DNA of 64,000 bases, from NCBI GenBank assembly GCA_964016885.1, contig OZ024743.1, forward strand, positions 124,124,001-124,188,000, in the 5' to 3' direction. This DNA is from Eledone cirrhosa. Taxonomy: Eukaryota. The notes below the pieces were generated by a model. The model made no database searches. It saw nothing but the letters and a program-made list of their open reading frames with translations, and was not told the origin of the DNA. Shown here piece after piece: positions 1-12,701 of this stretch (its first letter is position 1; each line of letters opens with the position of its first letter). The position numbers and the translations under genes are program-made.

Positions 1-348
1 TCTTTTTCACTCCGCCAACCATTTATTCTGGAGCCCCTGCTCGCAAAGGACACCATCAAAGCTCTTCAAAACCCTACAGATCTACAAATGATACCATCAC
101 CCAACCTGACAACGCTTGACATCCAGCCATCGCCACCTTCACCACCACGCCCAGCTATCCAGCCACCAGAGTTACATCCCCTAGCCTACCACACTACCTT
201 CAAAACAAGTAGCACAACACCTACCCCAGCACCCTGCCTAACACCCTCCCTGACCAACACACAGGAACTAACACTAAGACGCTCCTCCCGGGCCAAGAAT
301 GAGCCCACCTGGCTCAGTGATTATGTGCATGTGATTTGGGCAGAATAA
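1..348 (+). mobile_element. probable 3' end of an LTR-retrotransposon pol ORF (post-integrase tail)
   Basis: Pro/Thr-rich stretch ending LRRSSRAKNEPTWLSDYV, matching the LRRSxR...PxWLxDYV tail common at the end of LTR-retrotransposon pol; no catalytic domain is in the window. Confidence 0.4.
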
Positions 349-659
349 TCCCCGGGCCTGAGGGTAGTCTGCCCAGTGATCGCCCTTCTCCTTTCGGTTT
401 GTGTTATTGTTTCTATTGACATTAATTGCTCCCACCTGGTCAGGATGGCACTGTCTTCAAAACATTCAGTTTATTCTCATATCTGACTCTAGTCTTAAAT
501 CCTTGCTATATACCTCAGTGTATATACCAATGACTTGGAGGGAAATAGGGGATTATATATCATTGTGTGACGATATGCAAAACATGTTATAGCGTTCTGA
601 TACTATTTATTCTTAATAGTGCTTTTCATCTGTTTCAGATGTCCATCATTTATTGATAC

Positions 660-890
660 AAATGAAGTGGAGGTATTATGAAAAGAGTTTGTGCTCATTT
701 AGTTTGGACATGTGATGTGTATGGAAAATGGGCAAAGAAATATGAGTGAATGGTCCTCATGGAAGAGGTAGGCCTAAGAAGACATAGGATCAAGTAGTGA
801 GGATTGGCCTTGAGAAGCTGAACCTCACAATAAAGATGATGAAAGACGACAAAGATATGTGATATGCTGTACTGGAGTACACCCGCCTAC
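660..890 (+). mobile_element. decayed RTE-clade LINE 3' fragment
   Basis: Degenerate FGHVM and GRGRPKKT motifs (tttggacatgtgatg; ggaagaggtaggcctaagaagaca). Confidence 0.45.
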
Positions 891-1790
891 CAGCATAAAA
901 ATGCAACTTGATTCATCCACGTGCCTCCACCCTACATCAATATCTGTAGCATAGTAACTATCCTCACCATCACTGCATACTCCATCCTACCCAAGACCAC
1001 CTCCACCCCATTTAAATCCTAAAAACACCAGTGACAACTCCATAGTAGCTGTTTGCATCATCACTGTGTCTGTTATCACCATCTCTCTCTCACTATACCT
1101 ATCATGCACTCCTGTCATATTTCCTCACCCTTTTCCCCATCACACCTACCATACTCCTACGGCATTATAATTATCACCTCTACTCTACTATTCATTTTAA
1201 AATTAGGATACTTTTTCAAAAGAAAGGAAACCGTGTGGGGTGTTGTCGATGAGCTGTACTGTATGGTTTCAGGTTCAGGTCACTCCCACTGTATGGTACA
1301 TTTAGCAAGTCTGTACTAATGCCTTGTGAGTGAAATTTCATAGATGGAAACTAGTAACTATGATATCATCATCATGTTTTCCCTGCTAGCAAGGGTTTTT
1401 TTTAAATGTATATAAAATGGATACGTATTTCTAATTTTCATCTTGATATGAAAGCGACTGAAATATCCAAGTACATTCTACTCTTCCCTGGAGAGAAAAC
1501 TGTGATTTTAAAACTGATAGTCTGTTTATATTAAGTCATCAGGTGAAGCTTAATACTGCTACAAGAATATGGAAGGAACAAGGGACAAATTACTGAGTTT
1601 TAGGAAAATATTAGTCATGAGAGTTGTACTGTCGCAGGCCATAGGAAAGTAGTTTTGAGACCCTTGATGTAATGGGTGCATTTATCACATAGAACTCTAA
1701 CACTAGGGAGATTGTCATCTTTGACACAACTGAAGGGTTCTCTGATTTATATATACACATATATATGCAAAAAGTAATAGTAGGAAAAGA

Positions 1791-1825
1791 GTCTTAACAT
1801 TTCAGATGCTAGTCCATCAGAAAAT
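1791..1825 (-). pseudogene. decayed hammerhead ribozyme, same family as 17513-17548
   Basis: gtcttaacatttcagatgctagtccatcagaa aligns to gtcttaacgtttcggacgctagtccttcatcagaa with a 3-nt loss in the core. Confidence 0.5.
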
Positions 1826-2500
1826 AGAATGAGAATTCAAAGAAGAAACAGAAATACTGAGGAGATTGGGCAGTGGCAGAAACGAAAAAAAATTTCTAAA
1901 GAAAAAAACAGTTTTATTCACGTCGCCATCTTTTGGAAAACTGTTGATATATGTATATGTGCGAGTTTTCCGTTTGTAAGATTTTGTTCCATAGACTGAC
2001 AGAATAAGTGCCACCCTTGAAAAATAAGTACTGAAGTTGATCAACTTAAGAGATGGTGTCCTATCAAGCTGAAGTCTAATGACCGAGATCAGTATAGGAA
2101 TAAAATGAAAAGAACACACATGGATACATATATATATAGTTTAGTTCTTTTATGTTAGTTAATCCGTTGATGGTTTGCCAGTTGTATTTGTTGATCAACT
2201 AATCAATGTGTAGACATGATTGAGTACTCGACATAGTTTACTTTTCAAGTTGTGATGTAATCATACTGGTCCACACACCACAGAGTAACAAAATAATAAT
2301 GAAGCTAGGCGTTGGAGGAGCAACATCAAACCCGCAATATCAAAAACCACCCGGGATATATCACATGTTGGACAAAAGATTATACAATAGCCATCTGATG
2401 GGGTATTATCTATTACATAATAGATACCATTGAAATATATATAACAGTTGCAAAGTAATCAATAAATTGATGTAAGATTCAAATATACTGACTTCATAAA

Positions 2501-3265
2501 TTGCTAGATATTAGGAAAGAAGATAAGACCCTGATCTCTTCAGGGAAGTGGCTGTGCTCCATATATAGAAAAGGTGTAGGCATAAACTCCATACGATGTA
2601 CACAATGTAAATTTTGGATACACAAGAGATGTAGTGGGATAATGGGTATACTAACAGGAAAGGAAGACTTTGTATGTAGAAGATGCACAGGAGTAATCAA
2701 AGGGAAGACTGGCAGTTATATAAACCTCTTCATGTCAGAGGAAGGGTCCATAGAAGTGGTTGATAGCTTCTGCTATCTAGGTGACTTAATCAGCATTGGA
2801 GGAGGGTGCTCTGAGAGCATAATAGCTAGAATAAAGATAGGATGGAAGACTATTCAAAAGGATGACTGTATGATGCTTGTGTGTGAAGTACGATGCTGCA
2901 TGGTTGTGAAACGTGAGCTGTGACTGCAGAGAACATATAGACTGGAGAGAAATGAAGCAGCCGTGCTTCATTGGATGTGTAACATAAATGTGGGAGAAAA
3001 GCAGAGAATGGATGAACTGAGGGAGAAGCTGTGTTTAAGAGGAATCCGAGCACATGAATGATGATCGATGGATAGAAGTCGCAGTAGAGGTAGACTGAGA
3101 AAAACCTGGGTAGAGGTGGAGAGGTGGTGAGACCTGACCTCAAATTGCTGAGACACACAGAGGAGATGACGAAGAAATGTGGTGAGTGGAGAGATTCTGT
3201 GCTGAAAAGGATCCATCCAACTTATGCAAGCATGGAAAAATGGATGTAAAAACAGTGATGAGCAT
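2501..3265 (+). mobile_element. RTE-clade LINE 3' part (degenerate) with PHD-like Cys/His insert
   Basis: SGKWLCSIYRKGVGINSIRCTQCKFWIHKRCS...CRRC followed by IEVVDSFCYLGDLI...GW; ends in aacttatgcaagcatggaaaaatggatgtaaaa-gatg RTE-type tail. Confidence 0.8.
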
Positions 3266-3467
3266 GGGTAAAATAAAATACATGATTTTATTCAACATGT
3301 TTCTCTCTCAGATTCAGAAACTTATTGCAGTGGTCCTACTACCCCTGTAAAGGTAACAGCTCTACCCTTAAGGTCAGGAACTTTTCAGCACACGCTTGTA
3401 TATATAATATAATATACTATATATATATATAATTTACTACAAACACACACGCATATATATATATATA

Positions 3468-3790
3468 TCATCATCATTTCTGTTTAATGTCAACTTTCCC
3501 ACGCCTGCATGGGTTAGATGGGTTGACCATGCTGGGAGGCAAGTCTGGCCAGGGTTGGCCATGTGTCGTACCCTTCTTTGGCGAGAACTAAATTTGGCTG
3601 GGTATTTTACAGCTGGATGCCCTTCCTAACACCAACCACGTTTACAGTGTGGAACTGAATGGCTCCATTATGAGGAGGAACGGGCCAGTTGGCCACGCCA
3701 AACCCGTCTCACAGCGGGGCTATATTTTTGGAGCCCGGTACTGGATGGCAGCAATACAAGGAGCCTAACCCATCTCACAGTTTTTACTGC
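3468..3790 (-). mobile_element. RTE-tailed non-autonomous element or RTE 3' end
   Basis: (tca)n tail, then tttcccacgcctgcatgggtt...acagctggatgcccttcctaacaccaaccac; same family as 63526-64000. Confidence 0.65.
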
Positions 3791-4134
3791 ATCATACAAA
3801 TTTTAGCATAAAACTGGACAATCATCCTTCTATAACAACCATCTGGTGTCGCTAAAAGAAATTTTGATGAATTGCCATAAGTATTTTTTGTTAACTACTG
3901 TTCTGATAATGATTTGATGTCTCTGTTTCACAGTTGTATAAATAGCATTACAAATTGTTCACAATTCTTTCAGAATGAAAATAAAAACATGAAATAAATA
4001 CAATTAACTATTGCGAGAAACCTCACAAATATGATGCACCAAAATATACGATCAGAGGAGGGAAAATTGAAACAAAAACAAAAACGACCAGCAATTCACC
4101 ACCAAGTGTGTCAATCGACCGTACATCACAAGGG

Positions 4135-4600
4135 TCAACGGAATATTTTGAGGCAAACCAATACGCTCGTAGCATTACCATGGGTGATGGCATGGCTAAG
4201 ACGCTGAAACAACCAAGTACCCTCAGAGGCATCACCTGACATATAAGTTAGGCGAGCTGCTAACGATGAAAAGAACTTCGCTGTCAGAGGCCTAACTCCA
4301 CCAAATGTCTCGAACACCACAGGCTGGAAAAAGAAATTGTTTGATAATTTCCAGTATTTTCAGATTTTATTCCATTCAGCATCGGAAGCAGTGACCTTCA
4401 CATTTATCGCGGCATCCATGATGTGGGAGGGAGCAAAAGAGTCACTGACTGTGGTGTCCCAGATGTGACACCCGCCTGGGACAAAGGGTAAGGCCATCTG
4501 GTCTCTTCCCATAACTTCTGGATAATCCAGTTGACTTAAGAAGCATTAGGGAAATCTGAAATGTGTTCCTCCCAATGCAAAAGACCATGATGATAATAGT
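4135..4600 (-). mobile_element. CRE-like non-LTR retrotransposon, C-terminal restriction-like endonuclease region (degenerate)
   Basis: RPDG...WDTTVSDSFAPSH...AE..K..KY...FQPVVFETFG...LFQRLSHAITHGNA. Confidence 0.75.
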
Positions 4601-5835
4601 CGATCACATAAATAATGGTTTTTATTTGTTTTCTAATTTGGCCCTTTTAAGTCTTCCCTCTCTCTCTCCCTTCCCTATCTCTCCTCTTCCCTCTCTCTCT
4701 CAAAAAAACGCGTGAAAACTCCACTTACGCGTGGTAGTAATACGGAAATAAACGATGTTGACGAGTGACGTCACCTTCGCCTGTTTTCCACTGGACTGAC
4801 AGCTAATAGCGTTGTAGTGCCAAACTTTTATATAACACCATTATATTTTTCTTCACAAATTACCAAAACACATCTATTTGTATATGCGCTACAATTTATG
4901 TACATGCTGTGTTTATCGCATATCAAAGTTTTTTTTTATATCTTGGTTGATATTTGATAACAGCTAAACTAATCACTTCAACTAAATGGACCAAATATGC
5001 AAGGAATCGAACTCCGTATCTCTCAAATGCTAGGCGAGTACATTTATAGCGATAATTTGTTGGTCGAATTGGTAGATTGATTGTGTTGTGTTGATTTGTT
5101 TGTTGCGTGTGTACTCACTTGTAGCTTGCTGTGTCGTGTGGTCACTGTTGTGTGACCAGAGGTTGCATGTGTGCAGGTAAGTAAGTGTTCATTAAGATGA
5201 TGATGATGATATGGTAGTTCCTTGATCACACAGAAAATGAATATATATAAATGAACCACAATGACACTAAACCGCTATATTATTAATCTAGGGAAATAAC
5301 TCACGCCGGAGCTACACTAAAAATACACAAGAGTCATAGACATTATTTGTTTGTTTGTAAAAGTAGAGTTAAAGTCGTATTTACCAAGAAAACTTCATGA
5401 ACTTCACTGGCTTGGTTAAGAGAGAAACCAAGGGATAGAGATTGAGTGAAAGAGAGAGAGTAAGAGGAAGTAAGACCAGGAGAGAGAGAGAGAGAGAGTC
5501 TGTAGACCCCAAGGGGTCTGTAGAAAGCAAATGTTTTACATCGTTACTCTATCAGGAACTGCTTTTTGCTTGGTCTAAGACAGGCAACGCCTTCTCCATT
5601 CTGTCCGCCGGGGCTGTGGGGAGGCCAGCACGTGGGACCCCATTTGCTCACCATAAGGAGAGATGGGGAGGGCGAGAGAGATGAAGGCGATGACAGTGGG
5701 AGTTCGGCTGTTCTTATATGTTAAACTGTCACATACATGATGGCTGCCCCCTCGTTATAGAGTATGGCCATTGCACGAAAACAAATATAATAACGACAAT
5801 AATAATAATATATATATATATATAATATATATATA

Positions 5836-6459
5836 AGGCATAGGTTAAGAATAACGTCCTCGAAAATGAAAGTGAATTTTCTGACAAGTGAATGTGTTTT
5901 TTTTTATTTTTTACAGTGAAATTTACGATACACTCTTTGTTTATTTACAACAGGTCTCTATAGTGATATGGTGTTAATTAATATTGCGTGTGTGATTATT
6001 TTCTCTTATATATATATGTGTGGGTGTGTATATGTGTGTATATATATGTGTGTCTGTATGTATATATATATGTGTGTTTGTATATATATATGTGTTTGTG
6101 TCATCATCATCGTTTAGATGTTTTTACCCAAATCCCTTATCATTCTCTGTCCTTCTTATGACCCGGCCTTAATTTGTTTATAGTTGGTGCCAACTTTGGC
6201 AAGATATTACAAAAACATGTAAACGATGATGATGACACAAACACATATATATATACAAACACACACATATATATACATACAGACACACATATATATACAC
6301 ACATATGCACACCCACACATATATATATAAGAGAAAATAATCACACACGCAATACTAATTAACACCATGTAAATTTCACTGTAAAAAAAACAAAAAAACA
6401 TCATTCACTTGTCAGAAAATTCACTTTCATTTTTGAGGACGTTATTCTTAACCTATGCC
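5836..6459. repeat. inverted repeat, ~250-290 bp arms (5836-6124 / 6211-6459), flanked by (TA)n
   Basis: ggcataggttaagaataacgtcctc...tcatcatcgttta is mirrored as taaacgatgatga...gaggacgttattcttaacctatgcc; the right arm lacks ~40 bp. Confidence 0.9.
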
Positions 6460-6529
6460 ATATATATATATATATATATATACACATACACACATATACA
6501 TATCTATATATACACATACACACACACGA

Positions 6530-6830
6530 TAACAATTAACAGTGCTGCGATCGAATGTGGGTTTTTAGCCCAGTCAATGATCTAAAATGCCTTGTGCAGA
6601 ATTGGCAACCAAAACATTCACTGGGAATAGCCGGCTGTGGTTGGAGTTCATATACTTTTGCATGTCGTTTGAGCCCTCTTGCTGATTTACATACATACGT
6701 ACATACATACATGCATTCAGTCATCTCGTTTGCATATGAAGACAGGCTATTTATATCTGTCGCTTCTTCTGTCTCATGCCTTGAGAACCACAGGGCTATT
6801 TACACCAAAAAGGAGGTAACCTAGAATTTG
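6530..6830 (-). mobile_element. LINE (RTE-like) C-terminal C2H2 zinc-finger fragment
   Basis: C..VCKSARGLKRHAK and CQFCTRHFRSLTGLKTHIRSQH directly followed by a microsatellite, as at RTE-type ORF ends. Confidence 0.5.
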
Positions 6831-6980
6831 ACCGTTAAATGTCTCCCAGGAGTCAAGGTGTGGACAGATTTCTCTACACATTTACCAATATGCTAAATAG
6901 CCACTAATTGGTATGTGTGTACGCGCGCGCATATTATATTTTATATATACAGTACGCGCGCGCATATTATATTTTATATA

Positions 6981-7156
6981 TACAGTGTAATTTTATATAT
7001 ACAGAACGAAATTCACAGGGTATAAAAATAAATAGGTTATAACGAGATCGACCGAAACAAACCGAGCGTTTGATTGTTATTACCTCGGGGATGAAAACAA
7101 TTTTCGTTATACTGAAAAATTCGTTATAATGGTATTCGTTATAACGGAGTTTTACC

Positions 7157-7160
<4 letters not shown>
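6981..7160. mobile_element. pogo/Tigger-like MITE remnant
   Basis: ta-cagtg...aacgaa left end and ttcgttataacggagttttacctgca-ta right end, with reiterated ttcgttata subterminal motifs. Confidence 0.5.
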
Positions 7161-7211
<51 letters not shown>

Positions 7212-7499
7212 TGAGTCTCACACGTATTTGGAATATTTACATTTCTAGATACATTCATATACATATGTACTCAGCTCGGTTACTTATTCTGTACTGCATA
7301 TTTACAGACTTAAATTTAACGTATTTTTTTAAATGCGTTAAATATGAGATCGTGTATACACGAAAGTATTCAATAATTGCAGATTATAATCTATTATCAA
7401 AGTGTTTGTTTTATATATATATGATATAAATGTATGATTATAATCTATTATCAAAATGTTTGTTTTATATATATGATATAATGTATGATATTTACAAAC

Positions 7500-7697
7500 C
7501 TCTTTGCGAGCTGTGTCTGCTACATCAGCATAACCTTCTAGGACCTTTTTCATTCGTTTAATAGAATCGGCACGAGATTGGATCCCCATCGCCGTTTGTT
7601 TAGTTATCATCGGTTCAAAAACTGCGGCCTTAAAATCATTTTCAGCCAGAAGAAAAATCGGAAGATGTACAAAAAATAAAATATAGGCGCAGTTCAT
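7500..7697 (-). CDS. first coding exon (66 aa) of a vanin/pantetheinase/biotinidase-family nitrilase-superfamily amidohydrolase
   Basis: Signal peptide MNCAYILFFVHLPIFLLA, then FKAAVFE...SRADSIKRMKKVLEGYADVADTARKE, matching the vanin/biotinidase N-terminus (xAAVYEH...SR..AL..M..NL..Y...A..A..Q). Phase-0 GAG|GTTTGT donor lies just before the expected G.xIIVFPE exon. Downstream exons were not found in the window. Confidence 0.8.
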
Positions 7698-7864
7698 TCT
7701 TAATTTTGTCGAAACCTAAGACGTTACTGTTAACGAACGGATGCTCCACTTTATAATGCGTGGATGATACATAAACGAACTTATATATATATATATACAA
7801 ACCTATATAAAGGATTGTCAGATAAAGTTTAAACAATTAAGTGAAGATCTTTTATCTGAAAGGA

Positions 7865-8600
7865 AAAAATAACAGTATATTAAAAAAACAAACAAACAAA
7901 CAAAAAACAAGGTTAATTCCTTCTATTAGTTTTCGGCAATAGTATAAAAGCAGCAAAACTATTTTATGGAAGGAGGGCAGCAGGTAGAGGAATGAGAGGA
8001 GAGATAATTATGGTCGTGGCGAAAGTTCACCTGTAAAACATGTGAATGCATCACAATTCTGTATTTACATATTTAGAACACACACACACACACATGCATG
8101 CACATTTTTTTACACGTTGGTGAACTTTCGCCACGCCCCTAATTATTGTTCTCCTCCTCTCATCCTCTACATGCTCCCCTTCTTCTATAAAATAGTTTTC
8201 CTGCTTTTTATACTATTGGCGAAAATTAATAAAAGGAATTAACCTTGTTTTTTAAATTTTTTTTTTAATATACTGTTATTTTGTATGTATATATATACAT
8301 ATATATATATACATATATATATACATACAAAATAACAGTATATTAAAAAAAAAAATTTAAAAAACAAGGTTAATTCCTTTTATTAATTTTCGCCAATAGT
8401 ATAAAAAGCAGGAAAACTATTTTATAGAAGAAGGGGAGCATGTAGAGGATGAGAGGAGGAGAACAATAATTAGGGGCGTGGCGAAAGTTCACCAACGTGT
8501 AAAAAAATGTGTGTGTGTGTGTGTGTGTTCTAAATATGTAAATACAGAATTGTGATGCATTCACATGTTTTTTAAAAAAAAACAAGGTTAATTCCTTTAT
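7865..8600. repeat. nested inverted triplication; near-perfect palindrome ~8035-8570 centred on a (TA)/(CA) spacer
   Basis: Block A 7865-8032 (diverged), reverse complement 8118-8283, A again 8328-8492; the same ORF text appears on both strands (8042+ / 8585-). Confidence 0.9.
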
Positions 8601-11600
8601 AACAGATTAAAGTTTAAGCAAAGAATAGCTGCTTTCACCCTTAACGGGATCTTTGCTTAAACTTTATTCTGTTATTTTAATAACTATTTGCTCTATTTGA
8701 TATATATTTATCCTTATCGAGCCCTCTTTGGATTTTAGTCTTCAAATTTATTATTATTACTATTTGGCTCCCTCGGTCGAGCACTCTATTGACTTATATT
8801 CATCATGCAGAAACAACATCTGAATATTTCTACAAAAAACATACCCGTACCAAGCAAGAAGATATACCTAAAACTCTCCATATAGAAAACAGACTCGTTC
8901 ATTAAAAGGTTGCGCTGGCGTGCCTTTTATTTCGATAATCAGGAAAAAGCGGACAATAAACAGGATAAATTTTGGTTTAAAACTTACAACAACCCTCCGA
9001 GTAATCCAGCATTGCTACCCTTCGAAAATGATGTCTTGGAACTCATACGGAGTATCAAATTTCGGAATAGGAGCAATTCCATCCAGCAGGATCTGAAGAA
9101 TAGAATTCGTTCTATTAAGGATTCTAGTGCCGTGCACGTCCACTCCGACAAAACTGACAATCTATATTAAGTGGAGCGCAGTACTTACCATCAACTGCTA
9201 CATAATGCCGTAACTAAGGATTACCGTAAAACTAATCAGAGTGTCATTAATGACACAAACGATGCTGGGTTTAAAGTCACCTCTGATCTCAACATCCAGG
9301 ACCGGACTGAACCTCTGGACCCTATTTTCTCCCCACTTTACCCTGAAGGATCACGAATTCAATTTCCCCAACAACCCCGCTATTCGGCTTATTAACCCTA
9401 GGAAGTCCGATTTAGGTAGACTTAGTAAAAGGATTTTAGATAAAATTATACCTGAAATTAGAAGCTTGGCCACTCTTGCACTGTGGAATAATTCTTTCGC
9501 GGTGATTGATTGGTTCAACGGCATATGCAACAAGGAACATTGCCGTTTTATCCAATTCGACATCAATAATTACTACTCCTCCATCACTTTACCACTTCTT
9601 CTTAGAGCTATCAATTTCGTTAAAACGCTCACGGTGGTTAAGGATTTCGAAGTTGATGTCATCCTCAATGCCCGTAAGTCGATGATTAATTTCAATGACA
9701 CTATTTGGATTAAAAAATATAATAGTTCCCCATTCGACGTGAGTATGGGCGCCGGCGATTCTGCGGAGGTTACTGATCTAATCGGCCTTTTCCTTCTTTT
9801 CTCTATCAAGGAAGAATTCCCCAACGTGGGCGATGGTTTGTACAGTGATGACGGTCTTTTGGCCATGACTAAGTGCGGCCCACGCGCTTGCGACAAGTTC
9901 AGAAAAGAACTCACAGCCTTTTTTAAAGGCTTCAACCTCTTCATACAGGTTGAGGCCAACCTCTCGGTCGTTAATTACCTCGACGTTACCCTCAATTTAT
10001 CGAATGGATTGCATTACCCGTATAGAAAGCCGAATGATACGCTTAATTACATAAGTAAGCATTCTAACCATCCTGCCAGCATAACCAAGAACCTGGTAAG
10101 AAACGTTTCTTTGAGGCTTTTCCCGTCTATCTACAAACGAACATATTTTCACCGACCATTCCACCTATTACAATGAAGTTCTTGCTCGGAGTGGATTTGT
10201 CGATAAGGTAGCATATACCGAGTATGAGCAGAGACCTAGGAAAAATAGATCCCGACGCACTATATGGTATAACCCACCATATAATATGGAGGTGGCCACA
10301 CCATTGGGCTAAGATCTTTCTCTCCCTTATTAAGAAGCACCCCCCCCCCAGCACATAAATATAATAACATTTTTAATAGAAATACCATTAAAATTTCTTA
10401 CTCTACGACTCCTAACCGTGCACATAACATCACTGCTTCAAATTTAGCTAAATTACCTAGTCGTAGGAACACGTGCAACCCTGTAGCTAGTACTAACTGG
10501 AATTGTAGTAATCGGGTTGACTGCTCCTATCCGGGAAATGCCTCTCCAGTAACATTGTCTACAAATGTAGGGTTGAAACACCCACGTCCCGTAGGGCCTA
10601 CATAGGGTTAACCGCCAATAGATTCAACCAGCGTCTTTACATGCATGCCCATTCTTTTCTTAACCCTTTAAGAAGGAATATGACGTCACTTTCAGCTTAT
10701 ATCTGAAGTCTAAAGACAACCACACCCAATATAAGTTACACTGGGAGATCCTATCTGAAGCTAGATCATATAACGGAAATAATAGAGCATGCGACCTCTG
10801 CGCCGCTGAAGCCCTGGAAATACTCTACGCCAATGACCACATCTTAAACAAAAAATCTGAGGTAATTTCGGCTTGTAAACATAAATTGCATAAAACTTTC
10901 CTGTATTACAGTCCCACATTATACCCTAACGGATAGTACGAACAATACGGGGATAATTTACGTCTTGATGTGGTAGCTAAGTATATTTTATGGTTATACC
11001 ATTACTTATTTGTATAGGTAAGTATATATTACCTGTATGTTTTGTGAAGGTACGTATACTTTCTCGTACGTATATTTGCTTGTATTTGTTATAGGTGTAT
11101 ATATTATATTATATATACTGGTACATGTGTATATGGTTATGTGTATACGTGTATTTTGCGTTTGTGTGTGTATGCGGGTTTGCACGTATGTAGGGTGTGT
11201 ATATGTGTACTTTGTTTTTTCACTTGGCGTACGTCTAGCGATTATATGTGTATTTACCTGTAGGTATGTGTGTGCGCGCGTTATATACGTATTTATGTGT
11301 GTATATTTATATACGTTTAAATAACTATATGTATACATGCGCGCACATACACATATATATATATTTTTTTAAATATATTTTTTATGTGTATTTGTTGTAT
11401 ACGTTCGTATGTGTGCGGGTACAGGTGTTGCGCGGGTTTTTGTATGTGTGCGCGTGTTTTTGTGTACGTGCTTGTATATGCATACCTATGGCGGGTGTTT
11501 TCGCGTATGCATGTGTATGTACGTATATGGATGCGTGCATGTATATACTTATTTATTGTTGATTTCAATAACCTATGTAATTTATTTACATTATTCTTAA

Positions 11601-11629
11601 CTCTGAAGCCGGGAATCATTCGGTTTCCT

Positions 11630-11915
11630 AAATAGAATTTTAGTCTACGACTTCATTTATGCCATAAACGTGGTTTTGTCTTTGCGTTTAATTGTTCTCC
11701 TCGGACCACATAATGACGTATTATCCTCGCTTTTTTTCTGTTCATTGCCAGGGAACGTCTCCATGAACCACCTAAATAGAATATTAGTCTACGACTTCAT
11801 TTATACCATAAACGTGGTTTTGTCTTTGCGTGCAATTGTTCTCACCGCTCCAAATAATGACGTATTATCTTCGCTTTTCTTCTGTTCATTGCCAGGGAAC
11901 GTCTCCACGAACCAA
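11630..11915 (+). repeat. two tandem ~143-bp units in the PLE 3' UTR
   Basis: ttagtctacgacttcatttat...gccagggaacgtctcca occurs at ~11640 and ~11783. Confidence 0.85.
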
Positions 11916-11991
11916 AGTATGGTCTTCCTGTTTTCCTTCGGTTGCAACGTTTTTCGAAATATTCACTTCTGCGTTTACAGATTGACTTTTT

Positions 11992-12042
11992 AGTTTCAGA
12001 AGATCCCGTTAAGGGTGAAAGCAGCGATTCTTTGCTTAAACT
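11992..12042 (+). ncRNA. type I hammerhead ribozyme with variant core (CAGAAGA) in PLE pLTR
   Basis: agttt CAGAAGA t ccc-gttaa-ggg t GAAA gca-9nt-tgc TT aaact. Confidence 0.6.
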
Positions 12043-12160
12043 TCAATCTGTTATTTTAATAAATATTTGCTCTACGGTTCTTATATATTTGATATATATT
12101 TACCCTTATCGATCGAGCCCTCTTTGGATTTTAGTCTTCGCATTTATTATTATTACTATA

Positions 12161-12230
<70 letters not shown>

Positions 12231-12278
12231 CACACACAATATATTAATAAATGGAAACTATATTTATAAAATCATAAT

Positions 12279-12342
12279 TATTTTATTATATATATTTCAA
12301 GGGCAACCAAGACATTTTGGTGCGCTTTCATCAGATAAAATA
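12279..12342 (-). ncRNA. type I hammerhead ribozyme (mirror of 12458-12521)
   Basis: Reverse complement of the 12458-12521 motif with one loop substitution. Confidence 0.7.
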
Positions 12343-12457
12343 CAAAATTTGTTTTATAAATGTTGACATACCCTTAGAAAAACAACCTTGACAGCGAACC
12401 TTCAACTGTCAAGGTTGTTTTTCTAAGGGTATGTCAACATTTATAAAACAAATTTTG

Positions 12458-12521
12458 TATTTTATCTGATGAAAGCGCACCAAAATGCCTTGGTTGCCCT
12501 TGAAATATATATAATAAAATA
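12458..12521 (+). ncRNA. type I hammerhead ribozyme
   Basis: tattttat CTGATGA aag.gcaccaa-loop-ttggttgc.ctt GAAA tatata TA ataaaata (8-bp stem I, palindromic stem III). Confidence 0.75.
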
Positions 12522-12563
12522 ATTATGGTTTTATAAATATAGTTTCCATTTATTAATATATTG

Positions 12564-12597
<34 letters not shown>

Positions 12598-12701
12598 TAT
12601 AGTAATAATAATAAATGCGAAGACTAAAATCCAAAGAGGGCTCGATCGATAAGGATAAATATATATCAAATATATAAGAACCGTAGAGCAAATATTTATT
12701 A

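Larger units (their letters stand above)
8596..12160 (+). mobile_element. full-length but disrupted Penelope-like element, short-RT Hydra-like type (RT + C-terminal GIY-YIG), with pseudo-LTRs
   Basis: ORF from ATG ~8805 (STKNIPVP...KRLRWRAF) through SDKT, FTLKDH, RLINP, FIQFDI..YYSSI, FDVSMG.GDSAEV, GLYSDDGL, to VYKC...YIG...CDLC...CKH at ~10936, with several stops and frameshifts. 5' 8650-8762 repeats 3' 12029-12160; 8596-8652 is an inverted piece of the pLTR. Confidence 0.9.
12057..12701. repeat. large fold-back inverted repeat (12057-12394 / 12406-12701, 11-nt spacer)
   Basis: ...caaccttgacag cgaaccttcaa ctgtcaaggttg...; arms differ by a few substitutions and in (TA)n length. Confidence 0.95.

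Noticed and set aside
4995-5050. tRNA-like segment on the minus strand (gagttcgattcc B-box)
   Set aside because: No acceptor stem or D arm; a probable SINE head remnant, not a tRNA gene
6536-6724. Host C2H2 zinc-finger gene
   Set aside because: Lacks TGEKP linkers and ends in a microsatellite; fits a LINE C-terminus better
1-7499. Second vanin exon (G.xIIVFPE)
   Set aside because: A manual scan of the minus strand found no convincing match; probably outside the window
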